IMG/VR virus record: IMGVR_UViG_3300016476_000792
Coordinates: 1-24,365 of that record
Source: a virus
Taxonomy: Duplodnaviria; Caudoviricetes
Strand: one strand, 5' to 3'
Length of the DNA stretch: 24,365 nt
Within the stretch, counting starts at the first letter, position 1. Each line of letters starts with the position of its first letter. This document shows, piece by piece, positions 1-8,078 of this stretch. A program made the position numbers and the translations under genes. The notes beneath the pieces were generated by a model. That model ran no database searches. It saw nothing but the letters and a program-made list of their open reading frames with translations, and was not told where the DNA came from.

Positions 1-20
1 CAATGAATGACTTAGCGTTT

Positions 21-470
21 CTATCCGTGCAAGACATAGTGCTCAAGTTTACGGGCGAGCTCAATGATTTCATCTGAAGTCTCCACCGGTTGCGACGCAA
101 AGAACTCACACGCAGCCTTCACGCATGTCTGACGAATAATTAGACCGTCTTTGTCCGCCGTAGCCTTCGATGCAGTAAACTGCGTAGTTGACGCACTTCC
201 GTATGATGGCGCTGGTGTTTGCTCTACGTGATATGTCTGCTGAAACGACTGAGGCGTTACCGGAGCCTGCGCACCCACCTCAAGAACCTTCGCCGTGCCT
301 GCGGTAGGGTTGGTGATTTGCAGCGTAATGGCCGAGCCGATTGCAGCAAACGGAGCATTAGACTTTTTGTACACTGAATACTTATTACCGCTGACGGTAA
401 GTTGGTGACGAAACATTTCCTTGAATGGGGTCACCTCGTAGCTTTGGATTTCTCCTTGAACTATACTCAT
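21..470 (-). CDS. Hypothetical phage protein, possibly OB-fold ssDNA-binding
   Basis: 149-aa ORF with ATGA overlap to the upstream gene. Beta-rich N-terminus, Q/P/A/S/T linker, helical C-terminus (KDGLIIRQTCVKAACEF). The SSB role is inference only. Confidence 0.6.
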   Translation of the reverse strand: MSIVQGEIQSYEVTPFKEMFRHQLTVSGNKYSVYKKSNAPFAAIGSAITLQITNPTAGTAKVLEVGAQAPVTPQSFQQTYHVEQTPAPSYGSASTTQFTASKATADKDGLIIRQTCVKAACEFFASQPVETSDEIIELARKLEHYVLHG

Positions 471-826
471 GATTTTGATTTTTTTGCGAGCGATTTAAGT
501 GCTGCCCGCTTAGCACGTTTTCTTAGTTTGCGTAACTCATCCCAAGTAACCCACTTGAGATTGTCTAAATGGTCATTCGTTTTGTCTCCGTCGATGTGCC
601 ACCACTTCGTAAGGGTCATGCCCTTAGGGTCGAATGCGGCAAGAACAAGCCTTGCCACGGTTGCGAATCTACGTTTGCGTCCCGATATAACCACCAATAG
701 AACTTGTCTATGTCCGTATCTAATTACCGCTCTTCGGAGTCGCTTACTCTTGGCGTTCCTTACATTTCCAAAGTTGCTCACTTCGTACATGGGGAACACC
801 TCACACAAGCGCCACTCCTCGGTCAC
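467..826 (-). CDS. NUMOD4 + HNH-like protein (I-HmuI family), catalytic motif degenerate
   Basis: EEWR...YEVSNFGNVRN is a NUMOD4 motif; VARLVLAAF...HIDGDKTNDHLDNLKWVT is HNH_3-like. Confidence 0.85.
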   Translation of the reverse strand: MTEEWRLCEVFPMYEVSNFGNVRNAKSKRLRRAVIRYGHRQVLLVVISGRKRRFATVARLVLAAFDPKGMTLTKWWHIDGDKTNDHLDNLKWVTWDELRKLRKRAKRAALKSLAKKSKS

Positions 827-1077
827 AGCGCCCTAGATAGGACTTCTTCGACAAAAGGAAATCGCTTGGCCATCTTGTGGTACACCTCGAATGGCAGACC
901 ACGCACACCACTTTTGCCTTCGATTATTTTGTACAGCCGGTCTTGGCCTACTCCACAATCTTTAGCGATAGACGTAATGCCCATGCCACGATAACCTTTT
1001 GTCTCGGAAATCATAAAACAAGCTGACTTAAGAGCTTCACTGACTAATGGCTTCGGTTTTTTCTTTAAGGTATTCAT
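823..1077 (-). CDS. Putative helix-turn-helix DNA-binding protein
   Basis: ITSIAKDCGVGQDRLYKIIEG fits a Cro/Xre-like HTH pattern; ATGA overlap with the next gene. Confidence 0.6.
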   Translation of the reverse strand: MNTLKKKPKPLVSEALKSACFMISETKGYRGMGITSIAKDCGVGQDRLYKIIEGKSGVRGLPFEVYHKMAKRFPFVEEVLSRAL

Positions 1078-1375
1078 GAATTAATTTTTGTATGCCCATC
1101 AATTGCCACATGTGGAAATCAATGATTGCCATAGCATCTTCGTGGGAGAACGATGCAGTGCTATTCATCACATAGTACATGCGCTGATACTGAGCTTTGT
1201 CTTTTGCTATGTCGTGGATACGATATGCTGACTCACTCATAATCTTCTTTGCGTATGCGATGTCAATGTCTTGCGACTTATTAATAGGCTTGGTCCTTCC
1301 GGTGCTTTTAACATTGTAGCCCCGCTTTTCGAGTTCACGGATTGTGCGCTCAATGATTGATTCAACTTTGTCCAT
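1037..1375 (-). CDS. Hypothetical protein (possible DNA-binding)
   Basis: 112-aa ORF tightly packed in the leftward operon; starts 6 nt after the upstream stop. Confidence 0.65.
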   Translation of the reverse strand: MDKVESIIERTIRELEKRGYNVKSTGRTKPINKSQDIDIAYAKKIMSESAYRIHDIAKDKAQYQRMYYVMNSTASFSHEDAMAIIDFHMWQLMGIQKLIHEYLKEKTEAISQ

Positions 1376-1381
1376 GATAAA

Positions 1382-1768
1382 TTAGATTGTGGTTACACGA
1401 ATGCCCATGTCCTGCTCCTGCACGTCGGCCGGAGAGAACCACTGAACAAGTTCGCCCATAGATTCCATGTTGATGTCCGGTACGCTTACCCACGAATGAT
1501 TCTCTACACGCAACAGCAACGCCTTGCCTGCAAATATACGTGGATAACTTCCAATGCTAAAACCAGGATTGTTTGGCTTAAGCAGTCCCTCGTCGTCAAG
1601 TACAAGGTCGGCATCTGATGATAGTGAGAACCTATCTACTAGGCTGCAATCAAGGATATCGTACAGCCCCATAAGAGTTACTGTACCGTCCTCATTTGCA
1701 GGGATTTCCGCATAGGAAATGGATTGGGTTGTTGGGTCGATTAAAACGCCCCGAGTTGTTGGTGACAT
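1382..1768 (-). CDS. DUF3846-like phage protein
   Basis: GVLIDP, LYDILDCSLVD, LVLDDEGLLK and FAGKALL motifs are typical of DUF3846; lies directly behind a promoter. Confidence 0.75.
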   Translation of the reverse strand: MSPTTRGVLIDPTTQSISYAEIPANEDGTVTLMGLYDILDCSLVDRFSLSSDADLVLDDEGLLKPNNPGFSIGSYPRIFAGKALLLRVENHSWVSVPDINMESMGELVQWFSPADVQEQDMGIRVTTI

Positions 1769-1806
1769 AATTCAAATTTTAGTTTTGCAAAAACAACATT
1801 GCTTGA

Positions 1807-1837
1807 CAAAGATAAAAACATTTTCCAAATAAACAAG
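1807..1837 (-). promoter_or_regulatory. Bacteroidota sigma-A type promoter
   Basis: Minus-strand TATCTTTG (1814-1807) is the -7 element; CTTG lies 19 nt upstream; AT-rich intergenic gap. Confidence 0.7.
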
Positions 1838-1854
1838 GAAAGTTTCCAAAAAAT

Positions 1855-2076
1855 TTACGGGGTATTTATTTCCGTATCGGCACGCTCATTGTCGGTACGC
1901 TTTCCCGACGGGTCGGCCAGCTCCTCGAGCGCAAGCGCAAGGTCTGGATAGACAGCACGCATGGTAGACAAAAGCCCGGCATGGCGTAGGGCAGCGACAA
2001 GTCTATCGTGGGCATCGGGGGTCGTCTCAATGTACAACCCCTCGACCGCCACGGCGTAGCTAATCTTCGACTCCAT
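1855..2076 (-). CDS. Hypothetical protein
   Basis: 73-aa ATG ORF co-oriented with its neighbours. Confidence 0.55.
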   Translation of the reverse strand: MESKISYAVAVEGLYIETTPDAHDRLVAALRHAGLLSTMRAVYPDLALALEELADPSGKRTDNERADTEINTP

Positions 2077-2218
2077 CGTCGTACTGATTCATTTTAGACA
2101 CGGCAGAGTAGTGGCCATTGTCTTTGCATGTAATCTTATGTTCAAGCGCAGCCCGACCTTGTCCGGCACGCTTCATTCTGATATACATATTCAGAAGGTG
2201 TTGGTCGTAATCATTCAT
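2060..2218 (-). CDS. Small hypothetical protein (52 aa, not in ORF track)
   Basis: Hand translation MNDYDQHLLNMYIRMKRAGQGRAALEHKITCKDNGHYSAVSKMNQYDDGVED*; fills the operon gap. Confidence 0.55.
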   Translation of the reverse strand: MNDYDQHLLNMYIRMKRAGQGRAALEHKITCKDNGHYSAVSKMNQYDDGVED

Positions 2219-2229
2219 TAGAAAGGGAG

Positions 2230-2252
2230 TTAAAGGGAGGCCGAAGCCTCCC
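2230..2252 (-). terminator. Hairpin, probable weak intrinsic terminator
   Basis: Minus strand GGGAGGC-TTCG-GCCTCCC followed by TTTAA (short U tract). Confidence 0.55.
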
Positions 2253-2391
2253 GATTGTTCAACATATCAGCCCACATCATTGCTCCATATCTCTTTTCGA
2301 AGGTACGCACAACTTTGTGAGTCTTTCGCTCTATGACATCATAGCGCAAGGTGTCGGCATTGAATGCCTCATAGAATTTACTCTTCTTCAT
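2230..2391 (-). CDS. Small hypothetical protein (53 aa, not in ORF track)
   Basis: Hand translation MKKSKFYEAFNADTLRYDVIERKTHKVVRTFEKRYGAMMWADMLNNREASASL*; start overlaps the upstream stop. Confidence 0.6.
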   Translation of the reverse strand: MKKSKFYEAFNADTLRYDVIERKTHKVVRTFEKRYGAMMWADMLNNREASASL

Positions 2392-2692
2392 CGGGAAAGA
2401 TTTGAGAGAATGAATCCACCTCCGACTCTATTAAGTTACGGAGGGCATATGCGGCCAAGTCATCAATAGACTGAATCTGCCATTCGTTATCATCCCATTC
2501 ATTCGGCCGTAGGACATTGCATATATCCCAACAATCGGAATAGTAAATGACTTCGTTGGCTATGGCTTGGTCTATGTGGCACATCACGTCTACTGAATCT
2601 TTGATGTTGCCGTTGTCTATCTCTTGCTTAATTGATTCTTCAAGAGATTCTAAGAACTTGTATTGATTAAAGGTTTCGCTTTGTTGTAGCAT
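2378..2692 (-). CDS. Ocr (T7 gp0.3)-like acidic DNA-mimic / anti-restriction protein
   Basis: 104 aa with 25 D/E versus 5 K/R. IKQEIDNGNIKDSVDVMCHIDQAIANEVIYYSD resembles recalled T7 Ocr [34 protein letters not shown]; acidic C-tail DEEE. Confidence 0.65.
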   Translation of the reverse strand: MLQQSETFNQYKFLESLEESIKQEIDNGNIKDSVDVMCHIDQAIANEVIYYSDCWDICNVLRPNEWDDNEWQIQSIDDLAAYALRNLIESEVDSFSQIFPDEEE

Positions 2693-2715
2693 GGTGATTA
2701 GGATTTGATAAGATT

Positions 2716-2743
2716 AAAAGGGAGGGCGCTGCACCGCCCATCC
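2716..2743 (-). terminator. Intrinsic terminator
   Basis: Minus strand GGGA(T)GGGCG-GTGCAG-CGCCCTCCC followed by TTTT. Confidence 0.55.
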
Positions 2744-2768
2744 CCAAGTGTTCAACCAATTGTGCAGA

Positions 2769-3263
2769 TTATTCTTTAGTGATTCCAAGAGAGCCAAGCA
2801 GTCCGTCAAGTTCGCCCGACACTTCTTCGGAACTTGCGTCAACTACTTTGTCTATTTGAATGTCAAGCATGCTCGAATGTCTATGATTCACAATACACAT
2901 ATCAAGAGCAACTCCTACCATAATTGGCATCCATGATGCCGCTTGGGCAAACTCCTTCGCCTCGTCTTTAGACAATAGCGGCGAGTGCCCTTCAAGGTTT
3001 GCCTCCATCGAATGAATGATAGACATTGTTGTTTCGACCATAGCCTTTATGGCTGCCTTCGAATCCGGTAGTACGTTGCCCTTGATGTGATACTCAAGAG
3101 TGCCGCCAAGAGAATTCAGAAAGATTTTGTCTATGAATTCCATAGCATTGTCCATGTCTATTCCTGCCTTCTCGCCTCGAAAGGTTCGGACAAGTCCGTC
3201 AAGATTAGACTCGAGTGCTGCCTTGAAGGCAGTCCATTTGATTTCAGAATTAATCGTGGTCAT
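2769..3263 (-). CDS. Hypothetical protein
   Basis: 164-aa ATG ORF, helical composition, A/C-rich leader. Confidence 0.7.
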   Translation of the reverse strand: MTTINSEIKWTAFKAALESNLDGLVRTFRGEKAGIDMDNAMEFIDKIFLNSLGGTLEYHIKGNVLPDSKAAIKAMVETTMSIIHSMEANLEGHSPLLSKDEAKEFAQAASWMPIMVGVALDMCIVNHRHSSMLDIQIDKVVDASSEEVSGELDGLLGSLGITKE

Positions 3264-3292
3264 GTGGTTTAATTGATTAGGGGGTTTATTTA

Positions 3293-3535
3293 TTAGTCAA
3301 TGACGTGTTCAGTAATGAATACTCGGACGTGTTCATCGCAGCTGTTTAGGATAGACAAGTCGTTCTCTTCGTCCCGATAGACTTCGACAGCATACGGGAG
3401 CTCTTCATCTTTTGATTCATTAAGAACCTTTTCACGGACATGGCCGAATATCTTTTCTGCGAGATTCTTGTTGGTGAATAGTTCATGGTCTGAATCAAAG
3501 GCGTCATAGATTTCATGAAGGATATAAATAGTCAT
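3293..3535 (-). CDS. Hypothetical acidic protein
   Basis: 80-aa ORF with ATGA overlap. Confidence 0.7.
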   Translation of the reverse strand: MTIYILHEIYDAFDSDHELFTNKNLAEKIFGHVREKVLNESKDEELPYAVEVYRDEENDLSILNSCDEHVRVFITEHVID

Positions 3536-3726
3536 TTGATTTTGTTAATTAAGGATAAGACAAGGAGAGCGGTAGCAATAACAAGTAGGATGCCTTCATA
3601 GATAAAGACTGCATCCCACCGGACATGCTGATGGAAAGCGGCAGCCGAAGCCGCCGCCTCCAAAGCCTTGGTAGTCAGATAGACAAACACAAGGACAAGC
3701 ACTGCAGAGACATAACGATTCTTCAT
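3532..3726 (-). CDS. Small two-TM membrane protein
   Basis: Two hydrophobic stretches (YVSAVLVLVFVYL; AVFIYEGILLVIATALLVLSLI); ATGA overlaps at both ends. Confidence 0.65.
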   Translation of the reverse strand: MKNRYVSAVLVLVFVYLTTKALEAAASAAAFHQHVRWDAVFIYEGILLVIATALLVLSLINKIK

Positions 3727-4571
3727 TTGAACATGGCGTTAACGTCATCTACAATCTTGTTGACCCACTTGGCTGCATCTTCCTCGTTATCGAGACGGAT
3801 GCGTGAGTCTTTGATAGACGGCACGGCAACAATACGCTCGGACTTGGCGTACTCTTTGACCATCTGCACGGCGTTGGTAGATAGTTCAGCCTTCGGCCAT
3901 CCATATCCACTACCAAAGGGGTGCTCTTCGACATCACGGAGCACGTTGTTGGGTACATTCTTGGTCTCTTCGTTGTTCTCGAGTCTACCGAAATAGATTC
4001 TTCTGAATGACGAAGGGTGCATCATTGCGCCAAGCTTATGAATCTGCAGGCGTTCGCTCCGCTTCTTCACCGGCACAACTTCGATGATATTAATGTTGCT
4101 GCTTCCTACCGCAAAGTAGGCGTAGATACTTGTCGAGATTCCTTGCTTGCGCAGGTTCTCCACGACTTGGGCAATCACCGAAGCCTTGAGGAACATCTGC
4201 TCTTTGCTGATGCCGCCATGCTCGTTGACCTCAAAGACTATGGGCACATGCTTTTCTTCTTTGAGCTCTCGTACCTTCCGGCGAAAGCAGTCGGGACTAC
4301 CTTCGGTGTACCGGTCAATCAAAAGAGTAGTGCCTCGGTTATCCTTACGCATGGAGATTCGCTGCTTCTCTGCACGAAGGCCAATAGACTTGGCCTTGGC
4401 TTTGAGTTCGCTCGGATTCCATCCGTTGTCGGTAAGGTCTACTGCCTCTTTGAATGATTTGGTAGCGGTGAAGTCTTTACCATTCTTATGGGAGGACAAG
4501 TCCTTCTTCGCCAATGTTTTGGCTAACTGAAACAACTCACGTGGTGAGTCGTAGATATATTTATAAGTCAT
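3723..4571 (-). CDS. VWA/CobT-like partner of the MoxR-type ATPase
   Basis: Directly downstream of the AAA+ gene; Rossmann-like pattern VPIVFEV...VIAQVVENLRKQGISTSIY; HPSSFRR and GSGYG motifs. Fold call is inference. Confidence 0.6.
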   Translation of the reverse strand: MTYKYIYDSPRELFQLAKTLAKKDLSSHKNGKDFTATKSFKEAVDLTDNGWNPSELKAKAKSIGLRAEKQRISMRKDNRGTTLLIDRYTEGSPDCFRRKVRELKEEKHVPIVFEVNEHGGISKEQMFLKASVIAQVVENLRKQGISTSIYAYFAVGSSNINIIEVVPVKKRSERLQIHKLGAMMHPSSFRRIYFGRLENNEETKNVPNNVLRDVEEHPFGSGYGWPKAELSTNAVQMVKEYAKSERIVAVPSIKDSRIRLDNEEDAAKWVNKIVDDVNAMFK

Positions 4572-4599
4572 GATTCAAAAGATATTATTAGTTAGACAA

Positions 4600-6057
4600 T
4601 TAGATAGTTTCCAATTCAGAGACAGACAAACCTACCTTGGATAGCAGGGTATCTACATCATCTTTAGGCAGTCCCTTGAATACACAAGAGTCGAGAGCAT
4701 CTTTGACTGAATCACCTTGAGCAATCATGAATGGTGCAAACAAGGCAGCACGAGGAGAAATGATATGCTGCATCTCAAGGGATACGGCGGCATCAGATAA
4801 CTTCTGAATCAAAGACACAAGAGCAGTATGGCCGGGGCGAGCAGCACGAACACCATCCCAATCGTAGTTCCAAACCATAGTCAAGAATCGGTCACGTGTT
4901 GCTGCGTCTAACTCATTACGACCGACATACAAGCCATCCGCTCCGTTACCGAAGGTATTGGCAGCAGCAATCAAGATAAAGTCTTGGTGACGCTTGACTA
5001 CTTTGTCGGGGAATGAAGCATACGGAGCAGATATGGCAGCATTCAAAGCCGTGAGGGTATTGGCATTGGCAGCATCTACCTCATCAAGCAGGAACACTCC
5101 GCCATTCTCATAGACTCTGCGGAAGTCCGTAGACTTGTACACTCGGTCAATGGGGCTGATGAATCCGAAGCCTTCGCTGCGTTCTGATTCTTCATTGAGG
5201 GACATCATGCCGAACTTGCCGTCCTCGATGGCAGACTCACCGAATAAGGCAATAGACACATTCCTTGCTGCCGTGGTTTTACCGGAGCCGGCAGGGCCAA
5301 CAAGCATAGGATACAAAGCATCTTGACTCATGTTGTGAGCTGCTTGTACGGCACGGCATCGACGAATCAAGACATCTTGAAGGGGGTGCTTGACACGTTG
5401 TCCTACCGGCACTCCGGGCAGTTCATCCTCGACTCCTTGAAGTTCATCAAGTTCCTGCTCGATTTCTTTGATTCGGTCGGCGGCATCGCTCATGACCCGC
5501 TCCGCTTCGGCCTTGTCGGCCTCTGCTTCTTTGATAGACTCTTCGATAGCCTCACGAGCGGTGCTCATAGAATCGTCATCCCAAAGGTCAATGTCTTCGA
5601 GTTTCTGCTTGCGCTTCTCTGATTCCTCGAGTTTGTCATGGGCATCTACTGCCTTCTGCTCTGCGGTTGAATGAGTCTCTTGCTGCTCTTTGAGTTCACG
5701 CTCGAGTTCTTCGATGCGCTCTGCTTTAGACTTGCTCTTTGACTCTTGCTTGATTTCTTCAATGGTAGACATGGTTGATTTGGATTTAGATTTAACTTCT
5801 GATTTAGACTCGCCGGTAGTAGCCGCTTCTTGGGTATCGGTGGACTGCTGAAAGTCCTCTACATCTATGATTCGGCGCCATGCTTCGTATCCGCTCTTTC
5901 GAGTATACAGCTCGGCATCATTAGACTTAATGCGAGACAAGGCTTGGCCTTTAGTCAGTCGGCCTCCGGCAGAATGTAGACCGGAATCACGAAGTGCAGA
6001 GTCAAGACTCTTTGATGATACTTGCTGACCGGCTTTGGTTTTGATAAGAAATTCCAT
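4600..6057 (-). CDS. MoxR/CobS-like AAA+ ATPase with N-terminal coiled coil
   Basis: Walker A GPAGSGKT, Walker B FLLDEVD, sensor-1 AAANTFGNG, Arg finger GRNELDAATRDRF; E/K/A-rich heptads around residues 95-210. Confidence 0.9.
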   Translation of the reverse strand: MEFLIKTKAGQQVSSKSLDSALRDSGLHSAGGRLTKGQALSRIKSNDAELYTRKSGYEAWRRIIDVEDFQQSTDTQEAATTGESKSEVKSKSKSTMSTIEEIKQESKSKSKAERIEELERELKEQQETHSTAEQKAVDAHDKLEESEKRKQKLEDIDLWDDDSMSTAREAIEESIKEAEADKAEAERVMSDAADRIKEIEQELDELQGVEDELPGVPVGQRVKHPLQDVLIRRCRAVQAAHNMSQDALYPMLVGPAGSGKTTAARNVSIALFGESAIEDGKFGMMSLNEESERSEGFGFISPIDRVYKSTDFRRVYENGGVFLLDEVDAANANTLTALNAAISAPYASFPDKVVKRHQDFILIAAANTFGNGADGLYVGRNELDAATRDRFLTMVWNYDWDGVRAARPGHTALVSLIQKLSDAAVSLEMQHIISPRAALFAPFMIAQGDSVKDALDSCVFKGLPKDDVDTLLSKVGLSVSELETI

Positions 6058-6100
6058 GATTAAAAAAAATTGAATTGGTTAAGTAAGGGTTGATGCCGAA

Positions 6101-6670
6101 TTAGACTGCGGCATCTTCAGTCTTTGAGTTAGAAAAATAATCGAATGAGGTGCATAGGCCAGACCAAGATGTGCCTATGTCTATGGCCGAAGACCAAGTA
6201 AACCCATTCATTATTGGATTCCTTGTATCGTCCGTTCTAATTACCTGTTGTTCAAAAACTTCAATAGACTTTTGACGCACAACTTCGGCAATGAATAGGT
6301 CAATACCGATGCCTTGCTCCTCAAAGAATCTTTGAAGGTCATAGCCAAGTATGGTCTCGTAAATGAAGGACTCAATGTTCCGGTACTCTGCGTCATAAAA
6401 AGAATCGAATTCATGACTGAGCCCTGCCCATTTATCGATTTCGCCCCATTCATTCTCTTGAGCAGTAGCCCAATCGAAGGCATATCCTATTCCGATAAAA
6501 GTATTCAAGAATACTCCGGCATCTTGGACTAAAAAGTGCTCGTCGAAACGCTCCGGCTCAAGGTTTTTCATGGCCTTTATGAAGTCATTGAGGGCTTTAT
6601 TTTCCTCAAGAAAGCGGTGCAAAACTGCCGCTTTTATGTGGTCTTTTTGATTCTCTGAAAGTGGTTTCAT
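6101..6670 (-). CDS. Hypothetical protein with internal domain duplication
   Basis: Two similar halves: LxRF.EE...F.W...W.GL...FD.F. Confidence 0.75.
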   Translation of the reverse strand: MKPLSENQKDHIKAAVLHRFLEENKALNDFIKAMKNLEPERFDEHFLVQDAGVFLNTFIGIGYAFDWATAQENEWGEIDKWAGLSHEFDSFYDAEYRNIESFIYETILGYDLQRFFEEQGIGIDLFIAEVVRQKSIEVFEQQVIRTDDTRNPIMNGFTWSSAIDIGTSWSGLCTSFDYFSNSKTEDAAV

Positions 6671-6722
6671 GGGTTAGATTTGGGGGGTTAAAATGTTAGA
6701 AAGATTCCAATGATTAGACAAA

Positions 6723-6884
6723 TTAAAAACGTTTCTTGTATTCATAGACAAAGACTCCAAGTGCTGCTCCACATACAAAGACAAACACAAGGCCCTCCGG
6801 CTTATTAAGAGTTATTGTCAAGTAAAGAGTAGTTACAAGGTTAAGCAGAGCAACAACGATAGCGAAGGTGAGAAATGATTTCAT
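6723..6884 (-). CDS. Small two-TM membrane protein (53 aa)
   Basis: Start moved to ATG 6884 (MKSFLTFAIVVALL...) because the track start lies inside the terminator hairpin. Confidence 0.6.
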   Translation of the reverse strand: MKSFLTFAIVVALLNLVTTLYLTITLNKPEGLVFVFVCGAALGVFVYEYKKRF

Positions 6885-6910
6885 GATAGATTCAAAAGAT
6901 TGGTTAAAAA

Positions 6911-6939
6911 GAAAAAAAGGTAGGTTAAGCACCTACCTT
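6911..6939 (-). terminator. Intrinsic terminator after the first early gene
   Basis: Minus strand AAGGTAGGT-GCTTA-ACCTACCTT followed by a T run; contains the stop codon of 6925..7377. Confidence 0.75.
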
Positions 6940-7377
6940 GTTGATTGCAGCCATGGTCAGCTTGAGGACTTCGGCCTTGTCCCATCCGTATTCAGCAGCC
7001 ATCTGCTGAATCATGGCGAGAGTCTCTTTGAGCCCAAGGTCGTTAGACTTGGCAACAGCCTTGCCCGGAGCCTTCGGCTCTTTAGGCGCAGCAGCCTTCG
7101 GCTTGGCGAGCGAAGCAAGGTACTTTTCTCCGCCCTCTAAAGTGAGAAACTTCTCACTTTTGACCTCGAGGACTGCTCCCATCTTTGCCAATAAATTGGC
7201 AAACTTCTTGGCAGAGCCAAGATTGCCGGCCTTTACCGCTAAGCGGTATCGGTAGCGAAAGTAGACATCCTTCGGCAGAGGCTTTGCCTCTATAGCGGGT
7301 GAAGCAACTTTGTTGCTCTTTGCGCTCACGGCAGCCTTGCTGCTCTTACGGGTGGTGGTTGTGGTTGTGGTTTTCAT
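6925..7377 (-). CDS. Basic Lys/Ala-rich early protein (150 aa)
   Basis: Start moved to ATG 7377 (MKTTTTTTTRKSSKAAV...), downstream of the promoter at 7418-7450; histone-like AKPKAAAPKEPKAP segment. Confidence 0.75.
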   Translation of the reverse strand: MKTTTTTTTRKSSKAAVSAKSNKVASPAIEAKPLPKDVYFRYRYRLAVKAGNLGSAKKFANLLAKMGAVLEVKSEKFLTLEGGEKYLASLAKPKAAAPKEPKAPGKAVAKSNDLGLKETLAMIQQMAAEYGWDKAEVLKLTMAAINKVGA

Positions 7378-7417
7378 GTTGGAATTGGATTGTGGTCGGT
7401 TGACCGGTTGAACACTG

Positions 7418-7450
7418 CAAAGATACGGCAAGGGTCGGAAAATTTCCAAA
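7418..7450 (-). promoter_or_regulatory. Consensus Bacteroidota promoter driving the leftward block
   Basis: Minus strand TTTG (7450-7447)-N21-TATCTTTG (7425-7418). Confidence 0.85.
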
Positions 7451-7469
7451 CCCATCCAAGACAATGGGA

Positions 7470-8023
7470 AATCATCCCTAAAGGGATGGCAAGGGGATTG
7501 TAATCGCATATGAGCACATAGCAAGCTCACGGCGCACAAGCGCCAACTTCACACACGAACTATAGCAAGCTATAGTTTTCACACGGGAAGTTAGCCAAGC
7601 CGGTTGGTGGCCAAGTTTTGGGGGTTATTCTTGTTCATATCAACTCGTTGATATAACAAGAAGTTCCCGGTCTAACCACCACCATTTCAGCCGGTTAGAC
7701 AACTAATAGGTCAGTTAAAACCTTTAGGTTTTAGTTAGGGTATTAGAGCTGGCTGGGGGGTTGGTTTGGTACTGCGTGTGAGGCTGAAAGCCCGCATGGG
7801 GTACCCGGTGTGTGAGTGCGGTTCCCCGGACGCACGCTACCCCCCTGTTCTACATGTGTTATTCCCCTTCCCAACCTACATAGTATGTCTATTACTGGCT
7901 AGTTGCGGGGCTAATTAGCTGTCTAACTGTCTAATTTGGCTAGTTTGCTGGGGGTATGTTTTCGACTGATTGGGGCATTTGTATGCCAAAATGCCGGGAA
8001 AACACTTTCGGATTGGGGCATTT
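7470..8023. other. Non-coding region dense in inverted repeats, between divergent promoters
   Basis: Inverted repeats at 7473-7488, 7531-7544, 7558-7577, 7628-7662, 7670-7700, 7716-7733 and 7798-7843; direct repeat GATTGGGGCATTT at 7968 and 8011; no credible ORF. Confidence 0.7.
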
Positions 8024-8029
8024 TTGTTT

Positions 8030-8061
8030 TTTGCCTTGATGGGATGGGTGTTGTAAGTTTG
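8030..8061 (+). promoter_or_regulatory. Consensus Bacteroidota promoter
   Basis: TTTG (8030-8033)-N20-TAAGTTTG (8054-8061); ATG at 8079. Confidence 0.85.
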
Positions 8062-8078
8062 CGGTAAATAAGTTGATT

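Noticed and set aside
1-37. Start of a further minus-strand gene (MSCTDRNAKSFI...)
   Set aside because: Only 12 codons are visible before the window edge.
4600-6057. Cobalamin biosynthesis (cobS) auxiliary metabolic gene
   Set aside because: Only family-level AAA+ similarity; no other cobalamin genes in the window.
7378-7539. N-terminal extension of the 204-aa track ORF
   Set aside because: Runs through the promoter; ATG 7377 is the plausible start.
7470-8023. Known ribozyme or riboswitch
   Set aside because: No hammerhead core or other familiar consensus recognised by eye; an Rfam search is still needed.
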